This document shows, piece by piece, positions 10,201-18,920 of a DNA stretch of 64,000 nucleotides; position 1 is the first letter of the stretch; every line of letters starts with the position of its first letter. Made by a program: the position numbers and the translations under genes. Below the pieces are notes generated by a model, which was not told where the DNA came from, did not search any database, and worked only from the letters and a program-made list of their open reading frames with translations. Origin of the DNA: an uncultured virus (IMG/VR IMGVR_UViG_3300011813_000035) (taxonomy: Duplodnaviria; Heunggongvirae; Uroviricota; Caudoviricetes); the IMG/VR virus record IMGVR_UViG_3300011813_000035, positions 1 through 64,000 of that record; one strand, given 5' to 3'.

Positions 10201-12660
10201 GTAATCTTCAAGCTGTTTAGCTTCTTCCGCAGATTGACCTAGTTGCCCAGCATTAAAACCCGTAGAAAATAATTTATCTCTATTAACCTTTTGAGTTTCA
10301 ACGTCAAAAATTTGTCCAGATTTGAGTTTATTATAATTTCTAAGAGCTGTACTTGCCGTTCCAATTACATCAACTAGAGATATTACGTTCTCAATGTCTC
10401 CGCTTGTATCCAAAGCAGTACCGTTTGCATTTGCTTTTTCCAACGCAAGACCAGCAAGAGCTACCTTTGCTATATCACTTTGCGTTGCTTCATCAATTAG
10501 ACCAGGTATTTCGTTAGCTGTGGCGTTGGCGAGAGCATCACTCATATCTGCTGTATATGCCTTTTGAGCTGCTAGATGTTCTTGTGTATTAGCAAGTCGT
10601 GAAGCTACAAGTTCTTCTGCATTAGTTACTCCCATGTTTTTGAGCATTGAAGCAATCAGATTAGTATTTTCCTCAGTATAACCATTCAATGCAAGCTTAC
10701 TATCAATCCAAGCTGTAGTTAAATCATTAAATGCAGACTGAGCACCCTTTACATCTTTGGGAGAGTCGGATACAGTTTCAATAAAATTTGTATAAGCTTC
10801 TCCAAGGCCATTAAAACTGTCTTTAAATTTTTTGTCGTCTAACAATGAGAAGTCAAAAGGATTTTTATCTTTCATACTACTCATTATCTTATCTAAAGAC
10901 TCAAAACCTTCAGATAGAGAATTAACGTTTGCTATGACCTCTTCCTTAGATGATACAGGAACAGATTTTTTACTTTGTTCAAGATATAATCGTTCTGCTT
11001 CCGTAGCACTATTAGCTCCTTGCGCAATTTTCAGCCAATTATCTATTTCCTCTTGTGAGTTAATAGAATTCTTGCTAAAGAAATCCGTTTCATCTTGCCC
11101 AAACTTTTTCTTGGCTGATTCAATGGCATTTCGATATTGCGTTTCCAAGTCATTAAAATCATTAAATCCTAAACGTATTTTTAATTCTAATGGGTCTTCA
11201 CCTAGAATTTTAGCAATATAGTTAATATACTGGTTAATAATTTCAGAACTCTGTTCAATAGGCATGTCAGAATAATTTAAAGTGAATAATCCAACCATTG
11301 ATTCTTTTACTTCTGGATTTGAATTAATTGTATCTAATATCTCCTGAACATATGCGCCCACGTCTTCTTTCGAAGAAAATCCACTAGCTATTCCTTCATT
11401 AATGCTGTTTACAATAATAGAGGCTGCATTCTTAGATTGATCGTCTAATTTTTCGTAGTCCTCGTTTGTCATTAGATAGGCATTCGCAAGGGTTTTAGTA
11501 TTATTAAGAACTGTATCAATTTCTGCTTGATAAGTCTGAATAGTAGATTTAATTTTTGAGAAGTGTTCTGCTATCTTATTGCTTGCTTCACTTAAATGAT
11601 CATCATCTAATGAGTTTATGCTTGAAATGCTGCCGAATAGATCATTAATTCCAATATCGTCAAGTATGCCCTGAAATTCCTTACTGTGATAAGCTTCATT
11701 ATTTTCACTAGCAAGTTTCTGGAATTCCTTCAGTACTGATTTGAACTTATCCGTATCTCCGAATGACGAATTAAGATCTGTTAGCATATCAACAATTTGC
11801 TTTGCACCCATTTCGTCTTGTGCATATATTCCATTGAAACCAGATACTACATTTTGATAGTTTTTAATGATGTCGTTACCGTCAGAGCCTTTGCCAGAAG
11901 CAACTAACATATTGTATGCTTCCTTCTGAGCATCTTTATATGCATCTCTTAATTGCTCCACATTGCCTTTGAGGGATATGATTGCATTCCCTTCATTTGT
12001 GTATCCATTAATTAAATTAGGGAACATATCGGCTATCTGATTAACAATATCGTTATACTCTTTGTACTCATCTGTCGTGAGAGAAACATTTTCTCCTAGA
12101 TTATTTACCCCTTTAGCTAATGTTTCATATTTTGCCGACATTGATTCAATTGAATCTGCGTTACTATTTGCTTTGCTAATTGCCGAACTAAAGGCTGACA
12201 TCAGCTCATTTGCACTGTTTTTTGTGTTCTCTACACGTTTATTAAAATTACTAAGTGCTTCAATACCTTTACCAATTGCCATTGAAGCAACCGTAAAGAT
12301 TGCCATCCAACCAACTGTAGATAGCGCTTTCATTGAAACGGAAAGTGCTTTTGTTTTTATGTCGGCAAGTGAGAGAGCAGAAGATGTGGATTTAAGGTAA
12401 GATTGGTAACCTTGTAAATATGTTTGTCCTTCTACTAAAGTTATCGAGCCATCTTTTATTCCTTTAGTAAATGTAATGGCGGATTTGTTTGTAGTTCCTA
12501 GATTCTTTGCCAACCCCGTAATACTTGTAGTTGTTTTAATTGCTCCTGCATTTAAACTATTAAGATAATTAACGACATCGTCGGATATTTTTGTAGTCTT
12601 TAGATCCTTTATATTCGACAATATTCCACTGAATCCATTCTTTGCGTCGTAGCTTGCAAG
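7267..12660 (-). CDS. tape measure protein, exon 3 (C-terminal ~1797 aa)
   Basis: Very long helical, Ala/Glu/Lys-rich ORF with an amphipathic segment; no SD or ATG start; frame open back to the stop at 12676-12678; predicted 3' splice site after G12661. Confidence 0.8.
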   Translation of the reverse strand, partial: LASYDAKNGFSGILSNIKDLKTTKISDDVVNYLNSLNAGAIKTTTSITGLAKNLGTTNKSAITFTKGIKDGSITLVEGQTYLQGYQSYLKSTSSALSLADIKTKALSVSMKALSTVGWMAIFTVASMAIGKGIEALSNFNKRVENTKNSANELMSAFSSAISKANSNADSIESMSAKYETLAKGVNNLGENVSLTTDEYKEYNDIVNQIADMFPNLINGYTNEGNAIISLKGNVEQLRDAYKDAQKEAYNMLVASGKGSDGNDIIKNYQNVVSGFNGIYAQDEMGAKQIVDMLTDLNSSFGDTDKFKSVLKEFQKLASENNEAYHSKEFQGILDDIGINDLFGSISSINSLDDDHLSEASNKIAEHFSKIKSTIQTYQAEIDTVLNNTKTLANAYLMTNEDYEKLDDQSKNAASIIVNSINEGIASGFSSKEDVGAYVQEILDTINSNPEVKESMVGLFTLNYSDMPIEQSSEIINQYINYIAKILGEDPLELKIRLGFNDFNDLETQYRNAIESAKKKFGQDETDFFSKNSINSQEEIDNWLKIAQGANSATEAERLYLEQSKKSVPVSSKEEVIANVNSLSEGFESLDKIMSSMKDKNPFDFSLLDDKKFKDSFNGLGEAYTNFIETVSDSPKDVKGAQSAFNDLTTAWIDSKLALNGYTEENTNLIASMLKNMGVTNAEELVASRLANTQEHLAAQKAYTADMSDALANATANEIPGLIDEATQSDIAKVALAGLALEKANANGTALDTSGDIENVISLVDVIGTASTALRNYNKLKSGQIFDVETQKVNRDKLFSTGFNAGQLGQSAEEAKQLEDYNKRKEDLKNASEKEMQDAAKAARAYMGKGTQTNVIYGGANKSNKAGSDKKKKDETKNDVDWIARGTKVLQDEYAKLEELANKDTVAYLGLTQEQFDKAKSIFDNGLGNTTEGLSELQSFADKAGLSLGEFYTMIQSGAPSASKENALQGMLKMQTETLLPQYQQEVDAYTKAYADALKAVPEYKDKIENGGVKIESLPSDLGKKVQAAIDANEKLKSSEKQLEEGREKQIQTIKELHENRISAIDIENEKLEQSNKIIKSQMDLMEARGEIIDADFYKQQKSNNKGLISGNQQNIAEWESEMADLRASNVSVKSKDYKELQAKVKAAKNEIQGLELEQEECNQALEQMPIDNLNTIVSMYKDISSAIENWGNVASATGEKLNADYYQTLISNGATTIDQYQELASEIENVMDNQKEGSTRWNELYGQLQSVNSEMSSMVQNLQKWNEELLKMPLENINNYTSELQKVADGLSGVKGEYDTAISAVTGAIKEQIDTINEQKNAVNEEYDAQKKALQDKLDLLNKQNKELQLQQKYEQALYNLQKANQQATEKVIRDGQVVYEQNADKLRDAQEAVQDAKFDMETDKIQTQIDELQETLDGLNEKYQNQIDSLQKISDKWSEISEKITQAQNEAKANDLLGVGWKDKVLSGKDVELFNNFSGMYANTAEQLRQYQEQINTTNNIYSLLEDYITSYKEGTLSYDQALTGINNLLAQMNQTMSAEGNIQNIYDYLGAMNGTAANAENVLSGIKQGLANTATELIDSFKQYNQNAGLISEYTSSWQQLTDNVSSMLRVLEEVRDNLESASDGDDDEDEDDDSDGPSRTGSSGYVNSGPGAKSKSDDPIWDLIDDKKKATSRKDGITRGLVGSSSGSDREAKMKLLGLQKMDQDEISAILHKNEAVFNPEQQDMLLKNLATAWNFTPSKIDYTNLSSGHSNLTTQEFKFGNINIQECNDTERLADGILNGGLKSAIIQQLGKR

Positions 12661-12683
12661 CGATAAAAACGCATATCATTATC

Positions 12684-12712
12684 TTTACTTCCAATAAAAA
12701 CAATGATAAAAT
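12684..12712 (+). promoter_or_regulatory. sigma70-type promoter for the zinc-ribbon gene, overlapping the intron 3' element
   Basis: TTTACT-N17-TAAAAT with TGn extended -10. Confidence 0.55.
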
Positions 12713-12743
12713 GAAAATAATAAATACTAAGGGGATATTATCT

Positions 12744-13193
12744 ATGAGTAAAGTAAAATACTGTAAATATTGCCGCAATCACCCTGAATTTTGCAAACAG
12801 GTTATCTTTCCTGGTTATACTAATTTTTGGGAAGAAACTGCGTATGTATGTCCGTTCTGTAACAATCCAATAGTAGATACAGTAATAGACTCCGAAGATA
12901 TGGACACTTTATCTAATGTTTCCAATGACATTTCTTTTCTCGAAGCAATGATCGATCTTAAACAAAAAGATCCCATTGAATTTCAGTTAAAGATGTCACA
13001 ATTTAAAGTGACGCAATCGCAAACTAAGGTAACAGAAGAGGAGAGCAATGCTCCCAGATGTCCTACCTGCTTATCAACCAATATAACACGTATAACCACA
13101 ACTGCAAAAGTGGCCAACATAGTTATGTTTGGATTACTTGGTAATCAAAGAAAGAAAACCTTTCATTGTAATAGTTGTAAATATGAGTGGTAA
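12744..13193 (+). CDS. zinc-ribbon protein with C-terminal hydrophobic segment
   Basis: SD AAGGGG then ATG at 12744; four CxxC pairs; 'PRCPTCLSTNITRI...MFGLLG...FHCNSCKYEW'. Confidence 0.75.
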   Translation: MSKVKYCKYCRNHPEFCKQVIFPGYTNFWEETAYVCPFCNNPIVDTVIDSEDMDTLSNVSNDISFLEAMIDLKQKDPIEFQLKMSQFKVTQSQTKVTEEESNAPRCPTCLSTNITRITTTAKVANIVMFGLLGNQRKKTFHCNSCKYEW

Positions 13194-13328
13194 ATTGCCC
13201 AAACGAACCTCTGAAAGTACCATGATTCTTTTTTAATTAGAATTAGCGAATAAATGTTCGGTCTATTCTTGTGGTAATTTCTGGTATATAATAATATCAT
13301 CATTAAGTACTGTGGGGGTATTATTTTT

Positions 13329-14429
13329 ATGTTTCCTGATGAGATAAGGCAAATTCTTAATAAATATCAAAATTACAATGAAGGTAGTATTCAAAATATA
13401 AATAAAAATATTAATATAATAATAACAGAATTCAAGATCATTAATGCGAACATAGCTAATCAACTTAATAAACTTGTCATAGATAAAAATACAAATAACA
13501 ATGCCGAAGAACTATTAAAGGATTCAATCGCATTACGAGATTATATAAATTCCATAAATTTATTAGAATTTGAAAAAACGCATAAAAATAACACCACAAA
13601 AATATTGGAAGAATCATTGTTTGTTTTTGATAAGATGGTATTTCCATATCTTGTATCAGATGATTTATGCCCTTTTTGTAATGTTAAATTAATTCCACAT
13701 TTAATTTATTATCAAAGAAATCTTAATAATCAATTGTTAAATGATGAAATTGAATGGAATAAATGTCCAAACTGTAAAAGGTTATTTGTCTTAGACTACG
13801 ATGCTGAAGCGTTTAACTTTGATAATACAAACATAACTTTAAACAAAGATAAATATGACGAAATTCCGTTAATAGATATTTATAGCGTGATTGTATTAAA
13901 TAATACGCTCAAATGCTCATTAAATCATCGATCAAAAGACTTGATGGCAAAAATACCGGTATTAAATGAAAGTGGTCAAATTTCATACTTAAAAATAAGC
14001 GCATCTTATTGCTTCGACTGTGAACGTTTTACAATTCTCAAAGATGACTTTAATGCAATAAAAGATGTAGTTATGTGTAAAGTAATTGATGAAACATCTG
14101 AGAGACAAAGTAATAATTACGATATGGAAATGGGACAAAAGCAATCCATTCTTTATAACTATGGCTATAATGTTCAGACGAAGAAAAACTTATCAGAGCA
14201 ACAGCGGCGTATTATTTTATCTTCTGTTATTGAAGCAAACATAATGAATAGGAGAGATGTAGTAAATCATATTAGCACTCTTATTGAAAGAGGCAATAAA
14301 ATATCATCTTGGAAAGATGCAACTCAAAAATGGAAGACTGATAGAAAGTTTGTATCTGAATATCAAAGTGAATGTTTACCAGAGGTTATTTTCAATAACA
14401 TTATTTTAAAATATAAGAAGTCTATATAA
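13329..14429 (+). CDS. hypothetical accessory protein with CxxC motifs
   Basis: 366-aa ORF, CPFC/CPNC/CFDC motifs, own promoter upstream. Confidence 0.7.
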   Translation: MFPDEIRQILNKYQNYNEGSIQNINKNINIIITEFKIINANIANQLNKLVIDKNTNNNAEELLKDSIALRDYINSINLLEFEKTHKNNTTKILEESLFVFDKMVFPYLVSDDLCPFCNVKLIPHLIYYQRNLNNQLLNDEIEWNKCPNCKRLFVLDYDAEAFNFDNTNITLNKDKYDEIPLIDIYSVIVLNNTLKCSLNHRSKDLMAKIPVLNESGQISYLKISASYCFDCERFTILKDDFNAIKDVVMCKVIDETSERQSNNYDMEMGQKQSILYNYGYNVQTKKNLSEQQRRIILSSVIEANIMNRRDVVNHISTLIERGNKISSWKDATQKWKTDRKFVSEYQSECLPEVIFNNIILKYKKSI

Positions 14430-14456
14430 TAAAAATTAATCTCTAATACTACGAAA

Positions 14457-14624
14457 ATGACAAATGTAGTAGGAAACAAACCTCATTGTCCATATTGTAC
14501 TTCCACCGATTTAAAGAAAATTTCTGGCCTAGCTAAAGCTGGGAGTGTAGCTTTATGGGGTGTTTTTGCAATGGGTAAAGTAAGCAAACAATGGCATTGT
14601 AATAGTTGTAATAGTGATTTTTAA
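14457..14624 (+). pseudogene. remnant C-terminal paralog of the zinc-ribbon gene (55 aa)
   Basis: MTNVVGNKPHCPYCTSTDLKKISG...LWGVFAMGKVSKQWHCNSCNSDF; shares CATTGTAATAGTTGTAA with the 12744 gene; no clear SD. Confidence 0.6.
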
Positions 14625-14631
14625 ATTACAT

Positions 14632-14664
14632 AAAGAGCAGGAGATTAGTCCTGCTCTCTTTTTT
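14632..14664 (+). terminator. rho-independent terminator (probably bidirectional)
   Basis: AGAGCAGGA-gattag-TCCTGCTCT followed by T-tract. Confidence 0.75.
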
Positions 14665-14807
14665 ATAGTCGAAAACAGACGTTCGGATATAATGACCAAA
14701 AAACGACGTTATCACGATAGTAATTGTCGCTGTTTGAATCAGTACATACTTGTGTTTCCCCTTACTACATGATAAACTAAAAATAAATTCTTTTGGAGGT
14801 GCCTATA

Positions 14808-15095
14808 ATGGTAAAAGTAATTGCAACGTTTAATATTAAGCCAAATTCGATACAGGAAGCTCTAAAAATCGCCCAAAAACTGATTTTTGCCACACGTCTA
14901 GAATTTGGCTGCATTGAGTATATCTTAGTGCAATCCGAAAGCGACGAAACGCATCTGGTAATGTTGGAATCATGGGAAAGTCAACAGCATCTTGACGTTC
15001 ACTCTGCTTCTGAACATTTTACTAAGTATGTTCCGCAGTTAGCAGCATTATGCTCCGCACCACCAGTTGTAGAAAAATTTAAGGTAGCAATATAG
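14808..15095 (+). CDS. antibiotic biosynthesis monooxygenase (ABM) / putative quinol monooxygenase family
   Basis: SD GGAGG; 'TRLEFGCIEY...ESWESQQHLDVHSASEHF' ABM-type motif. Confidence 0.8.
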   Translation: MVKVIATFNIKPNSIQEALKIAQKLIFATRLEFGCIEYILVQSESDETHLVMLESWESQQHLDVHSASEHFTKYVPQLAALCSAPPVVEKFKVAI

Positions 15096-15147
15096 CTTCC
15101 AACATATTACTGCCGTGTTATCCTTTCATAATTATATTTCCACATGC

Positions 15148-15180
15148 AAAAAGAGCCAGTCTACTTAACGTAGGTGGCTC
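15148..15180 (-). terminator. terminator between convergent cargo genes
   Basis: GAGCCA..CTAC/GTAG..TGGCTC hairpin followed by TTTTT on the minus strand. Confidence 0.6.
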
Positions 15181-15183
15181 ATA

Positions 15184-15840
15184 TTATTTTAGTTTTATCT
15201 TTTTATATAAAAAACAAAAGAACGTCACTAAATAGTTTTTACTGTTTTTCTCTGTATATGTAATTTCTATTCTGTCAAAATCTTTCGTGTTAATCATAAT
15301 TAATTCGTTCATTTTTTGAGAATTATCAATTACTATGTCAGTATCGTTGTCGAACTTTTGATAAGTCGCTAATACTATAATCGGTTCACTCTTAAAAGGC
15401 TCACCATATCTATACTGTCCTAAATAAGAACTTCCATCTTTCATAAAAACTCTTATCCAAGTATTTGGTTTAATTACGTCATCCCATATATTTTCATTCG
15501 TTGTTCGCCCAATATGTAACTTATGCAATAATCTATTAAACAACCTGTGAGATATGATTTTTCCAATGCTGAATCCCAATATAGCACTAATGGCAACCAA
15601 TATTACGGTTTTACTTATTCCACTATAAAAAATAATTTCATATTTTACAATTATCAAATCGAAACATGATTTCAATATAAAACTTGTAGCGATACTTTTT
15701 GTTAATAAATTTGTAAAGTCGGAGTTATCTTTGAAAGACATCCAATAATATGCCGTTAAAAATATGTATCCATATACAATGTATGGTAGTATCTCCGGCA
15801 TTTTTTCAATTAATTCTGTGACCCAGGTGATATATGTCAC
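15184..15840 (-). CDS. membrane protein (DUF6338-like)
   Basis: Three predicted TM segments then 'NIWDDVI...WIRVFMKDG..Y.G' Sm-like domain; GTG start after GGAGG. Confidence 0.65.
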   Translation of the reverse strand: MTYITWVTELIEKMPEILPYIVYGYIFLTAYYWMSFKDNSDFTNLLTKSIATSFILKSCFDLIIVKYEIIFYSGISKTVILVAISAILGFSIGKIISHRLFNRLLHKLHIGRTTNENIWDDVIKPNTWIRVFMKDGSSYLGQYRYGEPFKSEPIIVLATYQKFDNDTDIVIDNSQKMNELIMINTKDFDRIEITYTEKNSKNYLVTFFCFLYKKIKLK

Positions 15841-16082
15841 CTCCTACTATTTTTGTTTAATTTCCTTAGGTTTTACAGGCGGTTTTACTTCCTGTACTTG
15901 AAGTTGTTCCTGTTTAGATGATATTTCTACTATTTGACTATCTTTAGAGAATACTTTGCTAGTACTGTTATTCTTTTTATTCGGCACAATAATTTCCCCC
16001 ATATGTTTTTTCATTAATTATATACCATAATTTTCTATATTTCTACAGGAACGTAGGTTTGGATAACGGGGGGTGAACATAC

Positions 16083-16110
16083 AAAAGAGAGTGGAACTTA
16101 ACCACTCTCT
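16083..16110 (-). terminator. rho-independent terminator
   Basis: AGAGAGTGG-ttaagtt-CCACTCTCT followed by TTTG on the minus strand. Confidence 0.65.
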
Positions 16111-16118
16111 ATACGTAT

Positions 16119-16805
16119 TTATTCCTCTATGTGTATTCTAGCAAAATTCTCAACTGGAACAAGTTGAGAGTAATTATTATTGAAAGACTCACAGCTAATA
16201 GTAATATCCAAGGTTGAGTTATCATTAGTGTAAAATTGCTGATGTTCATCTGTTATAAATACAAAATCAGTTTCTTGTTTGTTCGCTGGAACTATTCCTT
16301 GATCACAATAAGTTAATGTTTTCATATCGAACATACGTAAATTTTTGGTTTTTCCGTTAGTTATCACTACAGCAACAGGATCTACAACTATATCCATTTT
16401 TCCTTCATTTACAAATCTGCACACTACAAGATTAGTCTTTACAAGTTTTTGTCCAGACCCCCAGATAACGCTAAAAATCATACCAGGTGTATTATCGTCA
16501 AGTATTCGTCCGTCATTGTCTACGCGATAACCTTCTGGAGTGTTCCAGTTATAGGTTAAAGAACCATCTGTGTATAGGTAATGCTTTATGCCATTAACCT
16601 CAATAAGTCCAGTTTGCATATATCCATTAGAATCGAAATGATATTTTCTATCACCCAGCGTCAACCAGTCGTCTTTAACATGACTTCCATCATCATTTTG
16701 GTAGAACCAACCCACATTATCTTGTTTCCATTCTCCAGCAAATGATATAATTGTACTGCTCATAGTAATGATAACTGACATTAATAGCGCTAAAAACTTT
16801 CTCAT
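16119..16805 (-). CDS. secreted protein with cell-wall/choline-binding repeats
   Basis: Signal peptide MRKFLALLMS..SFA, 'WKQDNVGWFY' and 'YHFDSNGYMQTG' repeats typical of Lachnospiraceae. Confidence 0.75.
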   Translation of the reverse strand: MRKFLALLMSVIITMSSTIISFAGEWKQDNVGWFYQNDDGSHVKDDWLTLGDRKYHFDSNGYMQTGLIEVNGIKHYLYTDGSLTYNWNTPEGYRVDNDGRILDDNTPGMIFSVIWGSGQKLVKTNLVVCRFVNEGKMDIVVDPVAVVITNGKTKNLRMFDMKTLTYCDQGIVPANKQETDFVFITDEHQQFYTNDNSTLDITISCESFNNNYSQLVPVENFARIHIEE

Positions 16806-16895
16806 ACAAATTCCTCCCATAACTGTTTTATGTATTATAACATGGAGAGAGTATTAATTCTATAAAATAGCTTAAGTATTATATATGAATTTGAT

Positions 16896-17363
16896 TTATG
16901 ATAACTCTAAGCGCTCATATAATTCGCATAGTGCAACTTGAACATTTGTGACACGATTACTTACATCAGATATTGTGATAGGTTTTGAACCATCATCAGA
17001 AGGTAATTTATCAATTAAATCATCTATTTCCTTCTTTTTAGTTTCATCTAACTCATAGTGATACTTGGTTTCATAAGTAATTCTTTCTACTGGTTCTATT
17101 TCTACATAATCTACAATTTCAGTATTAAATTCACCAGTTTCGTTTCCTTCCTCATCGAAGACAGGAAATTTAACTTCTCTTTGTCTCTTCACCTCTTCAT
17201 TGACTATGATTTTGTTCTCAATTTCTTCTGATACAATCTTATAAGCAGTGTAATAAATCTGTTCACCTTCTGGTAAAATTTCCATTGGTATCGAATTATC
17301 AAGATCACCAACTAAACAATAATTACCAGTTAAATAATTATTGCTATCTATCTGAACTTTCAT
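16896..17363 (-). CDS. tail fibre assembly / chaperone-like protein
   Basis: Follows the fibre genes; ends 'VQVALCELYE' like ORF 356-739. Confidence 0.55.
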   Translation of the reverse strand: MKVQIDSNNYLTGNYCLVGDLDNSIPMEILPEGEQIYYTAYKIVSEEIENKIIVNEEVKRQREVKFPVFDEEGNETGEFNTEIVDYVEIEPVERITYETKYHYELDETKKKEIDDLIDKLPSDDGSKPITISDVSNRVTNVQVALCELYERLELS

Positions 17364-17375
17364 GTTAAAAACCTC

Positions 17376-18920
17376 CTATGATTGATACGTTTTATATTTG
17401 ATACCTATGACTTTTGTTATATGAGATTGGTTTTGGTTAATAAAAAGGCTACTGTGTGTTGAAGTAACAGGAAGAATATTAGTATAAGCGGGAGATGTCT
17501 GATACCCAAATAAACACGAAACATATGTGTTGGTTGGTTTTGAATCTATAAGAGGAATAATCTCATCTTTAGGAATTTCCTTATAATCATAATGTTTTGT
17601 TGATACATTATATATACTGTAAAAATAAATTCCCAACTTATCATAATTGTCTATAGAATCTAATAAATTAATTGTATTAGAAACTGCCGTAGTACCATCT
17701 GTCCCTATATTGCCTTCAAATAATACTGTTTCCTCAATTAAACCTTGAATACTCATAAAATATGTAGGTTCATACTTGATACAATATAAAACAGCAGTAT
17801 TAGTAGGGCGCGATGTGTATTTAGTATATCCACCTACAGCCGACCAGTTTGTTAACGAACCTGTGTTAGTCCATCCTCTTGAATTAGATGATGGAATTAA
17901 TTTATCTATGGCATTGGTTAATACCCCACTAGTACCATACTCCCCATTTAGATAAATATGAGAACCTGAATCTACTACAAAATTAATATGTTGGGTGGCA
18001 TCTTGATGCTTTCCTATATCCCCAGATAGTTTTTCTGTTTTATCTCCATAATATCCTCTTAAAAATTCATTACTTAAGTCTGGAACTGCAAATGTGGTTA
18101 TGCCGTTTCCACCAAAGTAATTGAATGTGCCAAATTGATCTTTTATATACTGCGATAAATGCGGATAGTCTACAATATTATATATGGTACCATCGCAAAT
18201 AAGATAGTGTTTTGGTGCCACTTTACCCATCTGTGATAGTATATGACCTACGGGACAATCCTCAATTCCTTTATCAGAATTTACATATTCTACAGGATCA
18301 ATTATAGTTCTTTCCACTTCTTGTATATTCAAATAAGATGTATTTTGTAGCTTGGCACCTGTTTGAGTGCCTCCTATAACTGTTACTCTAATACCAACAT
18401 CAATATCAGTTGTTGGTGTTATTACACAAAAGGATGGTAATATTGCTTGATTTATACCAACATTAGACTCACAAACTCCAGCTTTACCAAGTACTTTAGA
18501 ATTTGTATAATCATGTAAACTATAATACATATATCCTTGATAAGATATTAGTCTTATCAAGGCTTCTATATTATACGTAACATTTGCCTTTAATTTATAC
18601 ATTTTAGTATTTTGATCATAATCAATACCATTATTCACTGTAGGAGTAAACGGTAATGCCAAATTTACCGCCGGTGTAAATGCTAGTCCATCCACAACAC
18701 CTGCTAAACATTGAACATTCTTTTGATTTACTGTTTTCTGCGCTATACTTATAGAATTAACCTTATCTACCTCAGTCTGTAATCCGCTTATGGCTGATAT
18801 AGGGTGAGCATCATTAGAATCCCTTCCAGCAATCACATTGTGACTGCTGGGGATTTTTCCTGTAATAAAGTTTAAAATACTTTCTACTGAAACGCCTAAG
18901 TTTGTTTTACTGATTCCCAT
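17376..18920 (-). CDS. tail fibre protein with phage tail-collar domain
   Basis: 'PVGHILSQMGKVAPKHYLICDG...FAVPDLSNEFLRG...SRPTNTAVLYCIKY'. Confidence 0.8.
   Translation of the reverse strand: MGISKTNLGVSVESILNFITGKIPSSHNVIAGRDSNDAHPISAISGLQTEVDKVNSISIAQKTVNQKNVQCLAGVVDGLAFTPAVNLALPFTPTVNNGIDYDQNTKMYKLKANVTYNIEALIRLISYQGYMYYSLHDYTNSKVLGKAGVCESNVGINQAILPSFCVITPTTDIDVGIRVTVIGGTQTGAKLQNTSYLNIQEVERTIIDPVEYVNSDKGIEDCPVGHILSQMGKVAPKHYLICDGTIYNIVDYPHLSQYIKDQFGTFNYFGGNGITTFAVPDLSNEFLRGYYGDKTEKLSGDIGKHQDATQHINFVVDSGSHIYLNGEYGTSGVLTNAIDKLIPSSNSRGWTNTGSLTNWSAVGGYTKYTSRPTNTAVLYCIKYEPTYFMSIQGLIEETVLFEGNIGTDGTTAVSNTINLLDSIDNYDKLGIYFYSIYNVSTKHYDYKEIPKDEIIPLIDSKPTNTYVSCLFGYQTSPAYTNILPVTSTHSSLFINQNQSHITKVIGIKYKTYQS

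Noticed and set aside
12569..12778. 69-aa minus-strand ORF or a frameshift as the start of the large TMP ORF
   Set aside because: Different frame, no SD, overlaps the plus-strand gene and its promoter; the splice model fits better, though frameshifting was not formally excluded
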